The notes: generated by a model from the sequence alone, not told the origin. Shown: positions 24,577 to 34,573, numbered from the stretch's first letter. The stretch: 42,292 nucleotides of DNA from a virus (IMGVR_UViG_2651869755_000015:1-42292), one strand, 5' to 3'. Made by a program: numbers and translations.

Positions 24577-27197
24577 TGCCAGTCGTACCAACAGTATCCG
24601 GACGTCAGGTTGAGAGCCGTGGAGTTCAGTCAGCAGGCTTACAGACGTTTTCTCAGCCAGGTATTGGTGATGCTTTTGTTCGGGCAGGGGCAGAGGCAAT
24701 TGATGTTTTTGGTCAGGCAAAACAGCGTGCCAATATTGCCTTGGTTCAGGAGGCATCCCTTAAACTCAGTCAGACAGGCAGTGATCTGCTGAATAATCCT
24801 GAAACAGGATTGCTTAACCTGAAAGGGAAAAATGCTATTGGAAAAGGCCATGAGTATACACAGCAGTTTGATGCTCAGATCGAACAACTGGCTATGTCGC
24901 TGCCGGATGAACAGGCTCGTAATGCTTTCATGCAGCAGGCGCAGCAGCAGCGTATTCAGTTCGCTACGCAGGCCGGGAGGTACGAAATAGGACAGGTTCG
25001 CCAGTATGAGGCGGATATGCAGGATGCGACACTAAAAAACCTATCGATGCAGTTCCGTCACCCGACAATGGCAAACCAGGCAGGATTGAAGGCATATCAT
25101 AGCATCATCGCTTACGGCGAAGCCCACGGCCAGAGTCAGGAAGAGATCGAACAGAACTGGGTTTCGTGGCGCGAGAATGCCGCGAACGGTGCGGCGGAGG
25201 CGTGGTATGTGCCGATGTATCAACAGATGATGGGTCCGAACGGCAAGATTGAGGTAACCGATACACCGAGTGAGGCGCAGTTATTCTCTGCAATAATCTG
25301 GCAGGAGAGTGGCGGAAATCAGTACGGAAAGGACGGAACACCTCTGGTGTCGCCAAAAGGCGCTGTTGGCGTAGCGCAGGTGACGGAAGATACTGGCCCC
25401 GAAGCTGCCCGCCTTGCTGGCGTGCCGTGGGACCGAGATAAATGGTTGAATGACCCGCGCTATAATGCCCGCTTGGGGCAAGCTTATTTCGGCGCGCAGA
25501 TGAAGAAATACGACAATAACCCGGTTCTGGCAGTAGCTGCCTATAACGCTGGCCCAGGAAAGGTTGACGGCTGGATTAAACAGATTGGCGATCCGCGCAC
25601 AGGCGAAGTCAGTAACGCCCAGTTTGCCGCAGCTATCCCATACGACGAGACGCGCAATTATGTGGCAAAAGTAACTGGCAGTGCTGGAGCTATTCCTGGA
25701 TCTGCGACGATGGAAAACCTCATCGCACAGCCATTCTGGAACGCCATGAGTCCGGACAAAAAGTCGCAGATGATGAGCAAGGTTGCTGGCATGTACGACA
25801 TGCAGGCTTCAGCCGGTCGCGTTGCGCTACAGAGTCGAATGCAGGACGACCTATCCAAAATTGAGGCCGGTAAGCAGGTGACGCCTATTTCAGCGCACGA
25901 ATGGGCCGCCGTTATGCCGCTTCAGGCAGCGCCTGCCGAGCGCCTGCAGATGGAAAAAACCTTCCAGCAATACCAGCAGGCAATGACGCTACAACCTGTT
26001 TATCAGACCATTATGCAGGGCAACGTCCAGCAGGGTACCGCCGCCGTGCAGGCAATGGCACCGCAGGAAAACGACCCTGACTTTAAATACAAAGCAGAGC
26101 TTTATGCATCGGCAAAGGTCAAGCTTGGGCAGGTACTGAAGGCGCGGGAAGCGGATCCGGGGGCATGGCTGCAACAAAACTCTCCGGTTGTGCAGGCTGC
26201 ATTCCAGCAGTACCTGAATGACCCTTCATCTGGTGAATACCTAGTTTCCCGCATACAGTCTGAAAAAGACCGCCTGGGGATAATGAGCAAAAAAGTTTTA
26301 CCGGAGTCCATGGTCAACGACGTACTGCAGCGTATTGACAACACGCAGGAATCTAGCGTAAAGGCCATTCAGTCGGTGGCGCAGTCGTTCGGCAAATACT
26401 CGGATAAGGTGATGCAGCAGGTTCAGAAGAGCGCTTATCCTGCGTTGCAGGTTGTCATGGCTACCGAGAACCCGCGCGCGGCAAATGCGCTCTGGCAAAA
26501 CCGTAGCGTTAAAACTGCTGACTTACGCGGCAGTCTTGAGAAAACCGACGCGGATAGCGCCGACTCGTCATGGAATGACCAATCGAAAGATTTTGCTGGC
26601 ACGATGGTTGTTCAGCCTGGTGGCACTGCCGTGTGGAATAACTTCAACGAGCAGGGAAAACGACTTACTTACATCAACATGCAGCGCGGAATGTCGGCGT
26701 CTGATGCAGCAAAACAGGCGTATCAGGACATCCTCGGCGAGCAGTACCAGACCAATGGCACTTGGCGGCTACCTAAGCGTGCAGGGATAGATATTCGTGA
26801 CGTTAACGATGGTGCCAATGCGTATCTGAAAAACCTGTCAGCAGATCAGATTATGCCGCTTATTGGTGACCCAAGGCTACCTGATGAGGTCAACCGTGAG
26901 CAGAGTATCTCCCGCATTCGTGATAATGCGCAGTGGGTTACCAACAGCGACGAAACAGGACTTACCCTGATGCTCAACGGGCTGATCGTCAACGGTGCCG
27001 ACGGCAACCCGATTACGGTGCCGTTCAACGATCTGGCGAAACTGGGAACAACCAACCGATCAGTATGGAACAGCATTACCAAGTTCATTGATACTCCGGT
27101 GAAATATACTCCCGGACAGTCTAAGGAATACAGCGCAGAAAGTCAGCGCGACAACCTGATTAACATTTTCCAGAACGGCCAGCAATCAGGACGATAA
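24576..27197 (+). CDS. Internal virion/ejection protein with lytic transglycosylase (SLT) domain
   Basis: ATG at 24576 after GGAGGA; SLT-type motifs WQESGGNQ...GVAQV...AAYNAGPGKV. Confidence 0.75.
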   Translation: MPVVPTVSGRQVESRGVQSAGLQTFSQPGIGDAFVRAGAEAIDVFGQAKQRANIALVQEASLKLSQTGSDLLNNPETGLLNLKGKNAIGKGHEYTQQFDAQIEQLAMSLPDEQARNAFMQQAQQQRIQFATQAGRYEIGQVRQYEADMQDATLKNLSMQFRHPTMANQAGLKAYHSIIAYGEAHGQSQEEIEQNWVSWRENAANGAAEAWYVPMYQQMMGPNGKIEVTDTPSEAQLFSAIIWQESGGNQYGKDGTPLVSPKGAVGVAQVTEDTGPEAARLAGVPWDRDKWLNDPRYNARLGQAYFGAQMKKYDNNPVLAVAAYNAGPGKVDGWIKQIGDPRTGEVSNAQFAAAIPYDETRNYVAKVTGSAGAIPGSATMENLIAQPFWNAMSPDKKSQMMSKVAGMYDMQASAGRVALQSRMQDDLSKIEAGKQVTPISAHEWAAVMPLQAAPAERLQMEKTFQQYQQAMTLQPVYQTIMQGNVQQGTAAVQAMAPQENDPDFKYKAELYASAKVKLGQVLKAREADPGAWLQQNSPVVQAAFQQYLNDPSSGEYLVSRIQSEKDRLGIMSKKVLPESMVNDVLQRIDNTQESSVKAIQSVAQSFGKYSDKVMQQVQKSAYPALQVVMATENPRAANALWQNRSVKTADLRGSLEKTDADSADSSWNDQSKDFAGTMVVQPGGTAVWNNFNEQGKRLTYINMQRGMSASDAAKQAYQDILGEQYQTNGTWRLPKRAGIDIRDVNDGANAYLKNLSADQIMPLIGDPRLPDEVNREQSISRIRDNAQWVTNSDETGLTLMLNGLIVNGADGNPITVPFNDLAKLGTTNRSVWNSITKFIDTPVKYTPGQSKEYSAESQRDNLINIFQNGQQSGR

Positions 27198-27198
27198 C

Positions 27199-28896
27199 AT
27201 GCCAATTTACACAGATGATCCGGGACAGGGAATTAACCAGCCAATTGGCAACGCGCCAGCAGGGCTTGGCGAATCGCTGCTTTCTTCCCTTAAGCAGGGA
27301 TTTGAAGAGGGGCCGGTCATGTCCGGCTACCGCTTTGCGCAGGCCGACTCGCTGGCGAATGACCAAAACTCTACAGTTATCAGTAAGCAGGAAGCGGATG
27401 AGCTCCTGAAGCAGTACGGCGTAAAGAGCATAAACGTGCCAGATTCTGGCGTTACGCAGGCTTTTCTCGATCATGTTATTGCCGAACGCAAAGATTCTCT
27501 GGCACGCCAGCAGATCGCGATGTCGGCACCGAGCGGGTGGGTAGCCACGCCGCTTAATTTCGCAGCCAGCCTAGCTGGTTCAATGGCAGATCCTGGTAAC
27601 GTGGCGCTGGCGCTGGTTCCGTTCGCTGGAGAAGCAAAGGCGGCTTCTGTGCTTGGCCGATTTGGCGAGCGATTTGTTGCTGGTGCACGCATGGGGGCAG
27701 CGCAGGCGTTGGTGACCGTGCCGCTTACCGGGCTGGCAGCGGCGGCGGAAGGTGACGACTTCACCTATAGCAACGCGTTGGAAAGTACTTTCTTTAACAC
27801 GATGGCTGGCGGTCTAATACATGCCGGCGGCGGCCTTATCGCCGATATCGTGCGACCGCGTCGCGTTCCCGATGCTGCAACGGGAGAGTCCCCGGCGTTT
27901 TCTGGCGATGCGCAGCCAACCCCGGTGATAACGCCTGACAACATTCCGGCGGGCGTGAATATCCCTGAGGTTGGCGCTAACGCAGATCTGGCGGCGGCCA
28001 TTTCCAGTGAAGCGGAGAGCTACGCATACAGCCGGGCTTATGACGACGTGGTTCCTGACTATATGGCGCGCCAGCAGGAGTTACAGAGCGGGCAGATCGG
28101 TAACGTTGCCGACCTGCGTGCCGAGCTTGCGGCTAATCAACGTCATGCTGACTCGCTTGATGCGACGCTGCAGCAGCGCACCAAAAAGTATCAGGGGCAG
28201 CGGATGAAGTTTAAGGATGCGCGCTCTAGGGCACTGAAAGAGATTCAGGCCGAGAAAGACGCCATCGCTGCACGCAATCAGGAGATCAACACATCGCTGG
28301 AGCAGAACGCGACAGCAGAGCAGGCGCGCTGGCGCCAGTCTCAGATTTCCCGCGGCGAGATCCCCGACGACCTGAAAGTCACCATTTCCGAGCGTGCGCA
28401 GCAGATCCTGGACGGCATGCAGATGTCGCCGGTCGCTGGCGCAGTTCGCACTGCCGCAAGCGCCATCAGGGATGCTGACTGGAACGTGAACCAGCAGGCG
28501 TATCGCGCTGCGCTGGCACACATGATGGAAGGACGTAGCCCAGATGTTGAGCCCTTCTATGAACTGCACAAACCAGCACTGCGTGAACGCGCCATCCATC
28601 GCATACAGAACCCGGCACGGCAGGTTGATGAAACGGCTCGCCCAGCAAGCGAAACAGCCGATCGGGTTTATCAAGAAACGCAAAAGGCAGATCATGAAAT
28701 TACCGCTGCCGCTGCAGACCTTGATAACGAGCTCAACCTGAGTAACGCCCTGCTTGACGATATCGCTGTCGATAACCCTGATCTTGCGACCACGTTGCGC
28801 CAGAAACTCAATGATATTCGTGCCGACGCCAGCGACAATAGTATGAGCAACGCTTTCCGGGCATTTGCCGCCTGTATGATTAACCGGGGGATGTGA
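27199..28896 (+). CDS. Internal virion/ejection protein
   Basis: 565 aa Ala-rich protein in the ejection-protein block. Confidence 0.45.
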   Translation: MPIYTDDPGQGINQPIGNAPAGLGESLLSSLKQGFEEGPVMSGYRFAQADSLANDQNSTVISKQEADELLKQYGVKSINVPDSGVTQAFLDHVIAERKDSLARQQIAMSAPSGWVATPLNFAASLAGSMADPGNVALALVPFAGEAKAASVLGRFGERFVAGARMGAAQALVTVPLTGLAAAAEGDDFTYSNALESTFFNTMAGGLIHAGGGLIADIVRPRRVPDAATGESPAFSGDAQPTPVITPDNIPAGVNIPEVGANADLAAAISSEAESYAYSRAYDDVVPDYMARQQELQSGQIGNVADLRAELAANQRHADSLDATLQQRTKKYQGQRMKFKDARSRALKEIQAEKDAIAARNQEINTSLEQNATAEQARWRQSQISRGEIPDDLKVTISERAQQILDGMQMSPVAGAVRTAASAIRDADWNVNQQAYRAALAHMMEGRSPDVEPFYELHKPALRERAIHRIQNPARQVDETARPASETADRVYQETQKADHEITAAAADLDNELNLSNALLDDIAVDNPDLATTLRQKLNDIRADASDNSMSNAFRAFAACMINRGM

Positions 28897-31445
28897 TGGC
28901 AGCAAACGAATTTTTGACGCAGTGCGAGCGCAGTGTAAATGCTGCCGCTGGTCGCGAGCTTTCTTCCGATGAGATGGAGTCGCTGGTGCGTGACATGAAC
29001 GACACCACTAGGCGAATTCTGGCGACCAATGAGGCGCTGTCTCTGGAAGAGGCCGCGATGCGCGCAGCGGAAGAACTGAGCAATGCCGATATGCTGGCAA
29101 AACAGATTGAGGCTCGCAATAAGGCAATCAACGCCCGTATTGCCGCACAACGACTTAGAGAGCTTCGTACTATCTGGAAAGACCGCCCGGATATCGGGCT
29201 TGAAGCAATGCTGGTTGGCCGCAACGATGCGCGTACCGGCGCCCGCCGGTCGGTATCTTCGGAGGTGGCGCAACTGCGCGGCAAGTATCATTCCGGTATC
29301 AACTACGATTTTGACCGTGCCGGGCTGGTGCAATTCATCGCCAGCGGCAGCAATGACCGGGAAATTGCCGATGCAATGTGGCGCATAGGGCGCGGGCAGT
29401 CAACTGACGGTATGACAAAGCAATCCGTAAGCGCTGCACAAATCATCATGAAATGGCAGGAAACTGCGCGCATTGATGAGAACCGCGCCGGGGCATGGAT
29501 ACGCAAAGAGCCGGGCTATATAGTGCGCCAGTCACACGACATCATGAAGATCCGCGCCGCAGGTTATGAAGCATGGCGAAATGCTATTCTCCCGCGCCTT
29601 GATGAGCGCACTTTTGACGGCGTGGCTGACCGCGAGCAGTTCATGCGTAACATTTATAACGGGCTGGCTTCCGGCGTGCATCTTACATCTGAAAAGCCCG
29701 ATTGGATGAATGGCTTTAAGGGATCGGCGAACGCAGCTAAACGCGCCAGCCAAGAGCGAATTTTGCACTTCAAAGATGGTATCTCGTGGCACGAGTACAA
29801 CCAGCAATTCGGCACCGGCAGCCTGCGAGAAGCGCTGTTTGGTGGCTTAAACAGCGCTGCCCGCACAACGGGCATGATGCGCGTACTGGGCACTAACCCA
29901 CAGAACATGTTTAAGTACCTGACGGACGCCATTGCTGAAGATATCAGCAAATCCGGAAGACCGGCAGCGTTGGCTGACTACATGACGAAGGTGCGTCGCA
30001 TTAACCGTACCGTAATGCCGCAGGTTGACGGCTCGCTAAATATTCCTGGCAGCGTAGGCTGGGCCAATGCGTCGGCGGCTGTACGCGGCTGGTTGCGTAT
30101 GAGCCAACTTGGTGGCGCGGTAATCTCATCGTTTAACGACGTGCCTATCGCCGCTACCGAGATGCGCTACCAAGGGCAGAATTTTATGCAGGCGTTGCTT
30201 GGTGCTATGAGAGGCCGCTTCACGCGTTACAACAGCGCGGAGCAGAAAGAGATCCTTTCCTCTATCGGAGTTTATTCCGACTCCATGACGCAGGAAATCA
30301 TCCGGCGCATATCTGGTGATGACACGCTGAATGGAAAGCTTGGTCGCGCGCAGCAGCTTTTCTTTAAGTACAACCTCATGAACTTCTGGACCGAGAGCGG
30401 TCGCAACAGCAACGCCATGATGATAACCAACTGGCTTGCAAAGAATGCTGACCAGTCTCATGCGCGGCTACCGGAAGACCTGCGACGCGTGCTGGATCTG
30501 CACGGTATTGGCGAACGTGAGTGGGAAATTTTTCGCAACATGGACATGGCCGATAGCGAAGGTCGTAAGTTCATGACGACCAGCGGCATCCGCGGCGTGC
30601 CTGACGAAGTGATTGCCGGTTATGTAGAGAGTAAGGGGATCAAACCAACGCAGCGCGCTATCGCTGACGCACGCGATCAATTGGAAGGGCAGTTGCGCGG
30701 CTACATCCTTGACCGCCTGAATATCGCCATGTCAGAGCCTGGCGATCGCACGCAGGCGTTTATGAAGATGGGCACGGTGCCAGGAACGGTGGCTGGGGAA
30801 GCAATACGATTCGCTGGTCAGTACAAATCGTTCACTGCAAGCTTCATGCAGAACGTACTAGGACGCGAAGTATTCGGGCGTGGTTATATTCCTGCTGGGC
30901 TTGGTGAGTCGAAAACCGGATCGCTGACGAATGCGCTGCTACGTAACGGGAAGGGGGCTTTCCTTGGTGCTGCAAACCTCTTTGTCTGGGCGACTATGTT
31001 TGGTTATATCTCCATGCAGTCAAAACTCATGCTGAAAGGGCAAACACCACGCCCGGCAGATGCCAAGACGTTTCTCGCAGCCGCATCTCAGGGGGGCGGT
31101 CTTGGCATCTTGGGTGACTTCATGTTTGGTGAGGTCAACCGCATGGGGGCCGGGCCGGTTACGTCGCTAATGGGGCCAGCAGCATCGAACGCTGACAGCA
31201 TTATCACGCTGCTCCAGCAGACCACGAGAGGGGATGCAGATTTGGGTGACTGGTATCGCACGGCACTTGACAATACGCCATTCCTCAACGTGTTCTGGCT
31301 TCGTACGGCGATGAATGGTTTAATATTGAACCGGATACAAGATGCCCTTGACCCAGGCTCTCTTGAGCGTTATCAGCGCCGTGTTGAGCGTGAGCAGGGG
31401 AACGACTTTCTGATCCCACCATCGCAGTTCATGCTAGGTAAATAA
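28896..31445 (+). CDS. Large internal virion/ejection protein
   Basis: ATG at 28896 overlapping the previous stop; 850 aa; last gene of the high-GC structural block. Confidence 0.5.
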   Translation: MAANEFLTQCERSVNAAAGRELSSDEMESLVRDMNDTTRRILATNEALSLEEAAMRAAEELSNADMLAKQIEARNKAINARIAAQRLRELRTIWKDRPDIGLEAMLVGRNDARTGARRSVSSEVAQLRGKYHSGINYDFDRAGLVQFIASGSNDREIADAMWRIGRGQSTDGMTKQSVSAAQIIMKWQETARIDENRAGAWIRKEPGYIVRQSHDIMKIRAAGYEAWRNAILPRLDERTFDGVADREQFMRNIYNGLASGVHLTSEKPDWMNGFKGSANAAKRASQERILHFKDGISWHEYNQQFGTGSLREALFGGLNSAARTTGMMRVLGTNPQNMFKYLTDAIAEDISKSGRPAALADYMTKVRRINRTVMPQVDGSLNIPGSVGWANASAAVRGWLRMSQLGGAVISSFNDVPIAATEMRYQGQNFMQALLGAMRGRFTRYNSAEQKEILSSIGVYSDSMTQEIIRRISGDDTLNGKLGRAQQLFFKYNLMNFWTESGRNSNAMMITNWLAKNADQSHARLPEDLRRVLDLHGIGEREWEIFRNMDMADSEGRKFMTTSGIRGVPDEVIAGYVESKGIKPTQRAIADARDQLEGQLRGYILDRLNIAMSEPGDRTQAFMKMGTVPGTVAGEAIRFAGQYKSFTASFMQNVLGREVFGRGYIPAGLGESKTGSLTNALLRNGKGAFLGAANLFVWATMFGYISMQSKLMLKGQTPRPADAKTFLAAASQGGGLGILGDFMFGEVNRMGAGPVTSLMGPAASNADSIITLLQQTTRGDADLGDWYRTALDNTPFLNVFWLRTAMNGLILNRIQDALDPGSLERYQRRVEREQGNDFLIPPSQFMLGK

Positions 31446-31447
31446 TA

Positions 31448-32008
31448 ATGAAGGCAATTATATTTTTTGTTTCAATATTGATGTCTGCATTTTCTTTTGC
31501 AGGGCAAAATGTTAAATGCGAACTTCAATACTTTGGAGATAGCGATAAATTTAAGGTAACTCAGTTTTCTTTTATGGGGATTCCATCTGATTCATACCTT
31601 TATACCTGTGCCGACTGTGGAGGCATCCAGATAAACGTGTTCCCATCTATTCAGACTGTTGCCTCCTACTCATTTGAAAACAACATTGATTTCGAAAGGA
31701 AAATCAATGCTGAATACAACAGAAAAGACATAGCTAAACTTGAGATGGAAAACGTTACTCAAGGCGGGAGAATAAAATATTCAATCACCGATACTGGTTT
31801 GGCAGAGTTTTACCCAGAGGGCAAAAAGATAAGCTACCTCTACTTTTTAGCCAAGCAACAAAATGGTAAAGAACAAGTAGGTTATTCAGGATTTGTTACC
31901 TCTAACGGGGATAAGTCATGCTCAATTATTGCGACATATCCAGGAAAAGAAATTTCTTTTCTGGGAAGTAAATCTTTAAGCTACTTTATGAATCATATAT
32001 CAATGTAG
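31448..32008 (+). CDS. AT-rich secreted protein (signal peptide), accessory
   Basis: N-terminal MKAIIFFVSILMSAFSFAGQ signal-peptide-like; visibly AT-rich codon usage; followed by palindrome copy 3. Confidence 0.55.
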   Translation: MKAIIFFVSILMSAFSFAGQNVKCELQYFGDSDKFKVTQFSFMGIPSDSYLYTCADCGGIQINVFPSIQTVASYSFENNIDFERKINAEYNRKDIAKLEMENVTQGGRIKYSITDTGLAEFYPEGKKISYLYFLAKQQNGKEQVGYSGFVTSNGDKSCSIIATYPGKEISFLGSKSLSYFMNHISM

Positions 32009-32022
32009 CGTGACATGTCACA
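32009..32022. repeat. 14-bp perfect palindrome CGTGACATGTCACA (copy 3, inverted orientation)
   Basis: Exact reverse complement of the 14-mer at 12194 and 14598. Confidence 0.85.
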
Positions 32023-32123
32023 GGCCGCTTTCGCGGTCTTGTTTTTAACGGATGCCACCGCCACCCGGGCGGGAATCCGCAGAACGCCCACCGCAGCGGG
32101 AGCCGTCAGCAGCAGTGTCGCTG

Positions 32124-32627
32124 TTATACTATTGAGTTAAATGATATCTTGTCCTTAATATCATTAAGTTTGCCATATATCTTTTTTGCATAAAAATCAG
32201 CTTCCTCAATAAACTTCGACTTCTCATTATCAGGCATATTTTTGAAGGTATGTGCACATGTATATTGAGAGTAGTAATTGTGAAACTTGTTATACATATT
32301 ATTGAGTTCTTGTAAGTCTTTTTTATACTCAGGAAGGTATATGTTTATTAGCATTTCCATCGTTTGCAACGGATTGACTTTTGATGTGTCAAATTTACTA
32401 TCAGAGTGGTAACTGGCATTGTTAACAAAATTGAGAATAGCCATTTTGTTTGAAGCTATGACTTTTTCAGTAAGTATGCAATTTGTGAATAATTGCTCAC
32501 GTTTATCTCTTAATATTTTTTCGCGCTCTAATTTTATGCTGTTTTTGTATCCTTGCCTTGCACTTATGTAAGTAGAAACTATAGCAATAACTGCACCTAT
32601 CAATGCGCCTAAGATAGTATTATCCAT
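32124..32627 (-). CDS. AT-rich membrane-anchored protein (1 predicted TM), accessory
   Basis: ATG at 32627 after AGGTGG; N-terminal hydrophobic helix ILGALIGAVIAIVSTYI; Lys/Asn/Tyr-rich soluble domain. Confidence 0.5.
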   Translation of the reverse strand: MDNTILGALIGAVIAIVSTYISARQGYKNSIKLEREKILRDKREQLFTNCILTEKVIASNKMAILNFVNNASYHSDSKFDTSKVNPLQTMEMLINIYLPEYKKDLQELNNMYNKFHNYYSQYTCAHTFKNMPDNEKSKFIEEADFYAKKIYGKLNDIKDKISFNSIV

Positions 32628-32652
32628 ATAAGCCACCTAAACTGCGTAAAAA

Positions 32653-33516
32653 TTATTTCCTGCCACTTCTGTAGTATATGTTGCGACCATTTTTGGTCAC
32701 ATTAACAACATGACCCTTTGTTTCTACTTTGTTATTGGTTGCCTTATATACTTCAAAGTCAAACCATGATATATGACTTATTTCGTCTATAGATACCATA
32801 ATTTCTAGACCTTGAACTTTCTTTTTGCTTATCCCTTTTATCGCAGCACTGCGCTTAATTTGGATTTCACCTGGGTAAGCGTTTGTAAATGTAACAGATA
32901 AATTTTCTTTGTTTCTGTACCCTGACATTAAAGGAACAAAAGATATGTGTTGGTGTGGCCCTTGATTTTCCGTTGGCTCACCAGAACCATTTATTATTCC
33001 AACGTATACTTTATTTGATGATAAAGTAATTAACATTGGTTTCTTAGGATCTGATTCGATTGCATCAAGCAATAGCAAATCTAAAGAACCCTGGGAGTAC
33101 GTTTTTCGCAATACTCTAGCTTTCATTGCCTCTGATATTTTGTCATAAATATCACGTTTATAAAAACAACCTAAAAGAAGATCTTTTAGCCAAACAAAAG
33201 ATACATAACACAAAGAGAAGCAAATTGATGTGACTGACAGAAGAAGTAGCCACATGTAAATTCTATCTGTTTCTGGTTTTGACGTTACATTAAAAGTTTC
33301 CACCATGTCGTGAACTAGGTGAAAATCAGGATATTTACATTTTATAAATGCGGCAATTATTACTGAAGCAACAAGGCAATATGTACCTAATGCAGCTACT
33401 TTCATATAAAGAAGCTGGCCTTCATGTCGGTATAAACGGAAATAATGATACTGGTTAGCGGTTATCATAATATAACCACTAACCAGAATGGGGATAATTA
33501 GAAGAGCTAACAACAC
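32653..33516 (-). CDS. AT-rich multi-pass membrane protein, accessory
   Basis: 287 aa; about 3 hydrophobic helices in the first ~110 residues then a soluble domain; GTG start overlapping the upstream stop (TAGTG). Confidence 0.55.
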   Translation of the reverse strand: MLLALLIIPILVSGYIMITANQYHYFRLYRHEGQLLYMKVAALGTYCLVASVIIAAFIKCKYPDFHLVHDMVETFNVTSKPETDRIYMWLLLLSVTSICFSLCYVSFVWLKDLLLGCFYKRDIYDKISEAMKARVLRKTYSQGSLDLLLLDAIESDPKKPMLITLSSNKVYVGIINGSGEPTENQGPHQHISFVPLMSGYRNKENLSVTFTNAYPGEIQIKRSAAIKGISKKKVQGLEIMVSIDEISHISWFDFEVYKATNNKVETKGHVVNVTKNGRNIYYRSGRK

Positions 33517-33725
33517 TATTTCCTTACAGTGGCAAGATCCTGTTTAACAATTGCAGCAGCGAGACGACGCATCTCTTTAACCTCAGGAAGCTCAGAAATT
33601 TGCTGTGATGAGATATATACTCCACCACGCTTGTTAACCTGCGCTGACGCCGGAACTTCTGCATTTTTTGCCTGAGGGCTGGGTGCATTATCCCTCGTTT
33701 TTGTACGAGCGAACCAAAATCCCAT
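33516..33725 (-). CDS. Hypothetical small protein (69 aa), first gene of the accessory operon
   Basis: Normal-GC ORF translationally coupled to the membrane protein; operator dyad upstream. Confidence 0.4.
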   Translation of the reverse strand: MGFWFARTKTRDNAPSPQAKNAEVPASAQVNKRGGVYISSQQISELPEVKEMRRLAAAIVKQDLATVRK

Positions 33726-33751
33726 ATCTCCTCCTCATGTAAACACATGGT

Positions 33752-33766
33752 TTACCTTTAGGGTAA
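33752..33766. promoter_or_regulatory. Operator-like dyad TTACCTTTAGGGTAA
   Basis: Perfect dyad in the 113-bp spacer upstream of the accessory operon; preceded by ACACATGGTT. Confidence 0.55.
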
Positions 33767-33838
33767 TAGTACGCTATTCACTCCCAGTCTGCAATCTGTA
33801 CAGAATTATTTAAAGGCACATCCCTGTGCCGCCGCCCG

Positions 33839-34573
33839 TCAGAAGAACCCTGCCTTGTCGTTGATGTACTCCGCGTGGGTCTGGATATCACGCAGGCATT
33901 TGCTCACACCGACGATGTAGCAGAACATGGTGGTCAGCTCCGCCGCCGCGCCCGATACGTCGTGCCCGTCTTCCTGTAACTGGTTCAGCAGATTCATCAG
34001 CAGTGAGTTCTCCGTCAGGCCGAGAACACCAGACGGCGAATGAATCAGGCTGCGGTAGCCGGGCTTCAGTGGGGCACTGTATTCTTTTTTGTCTTCCAGC
34101 TTGATCGCCTCCATAATGGCGGGCATGAATTTTTCAATTACCTGAGTGGCCTTTGATAAATCAGCTCCACCTGAGAGACGAACATCTCCACTGACATTTG
34201 CGGGTTTTCTGTCGAAGTAGCAATCTTCCAGTTTTTCGAAGACCTCCCACGCTTTTTCAGTCTCAAGAATTTTCGCATGTCGTGCTGCACCGCGAGCGGT
34301 CCATAAGAAAAGATGACTTACTTTTGGTGCAATATTAAGCAAACCTCTTTGAGAGGACTCGTTCTTAAATGCTCGTAATTCTTCGCCTATCAGCTTGAAA
34401 CAATGTTTTCCCTCAATGAATCGATCTGCATTTCGTTGATAGTTTTGACGAATCAGTTTGGGTTCTGTGTCATACAAATCAGCAAGCATTTCTGTAGTCA
34501 TTACAGGGATGTTGCAATGAGTTGTTATCGGCAACTTATCAATAGCTATATTACGCATTTTCATTGCCTCCAT
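33839..34573 (-). CDS. Antirepressor-like protein (ORF6N/Ant N-terminal domain plus C-terminal domain)
   Basis: N-terminal VMTTEMLADLYDTEPKLIRQNYQRNADRFIEGKHCFKL matches the ORF6N/Ant pattern; C-terminal ~70 aa homologous to the 35372-35629 product. Start may be 34558 or 34564. Confidence 0.65.
   Translation of the reverse strand: MEAMKMRNIAIDKLPITTHCNIPVMTTEMLADLYDTEPKLIRQNYQRNADRFIEGKHCFKLIGEELRAFKNESSQRGLLNIAPKVSHLFLWTARGAARHAKILETEKAWEVFEKLEDCYFDRKPANVSGDVRLSGGADLSKATQVIEKFMPAIMEAIKLEDKKEYSAPLKPGYRSLIHSPSGVLGLTENSLLMNLLNQLQEDGHDVSGAAAELTTMFCYIVGVSKCLRDIQTHAEYINDKAGFF

Noticed and set aside
28081-29333. Minus-strand ORFs (28081-28905; 28692-29333) inside internal virion protein genes
   Set aside because: Antisense shadow ORFs within long plus-strand genes; composition dominated by Ala/Arg/Ser from the GC-rich opposite strand.
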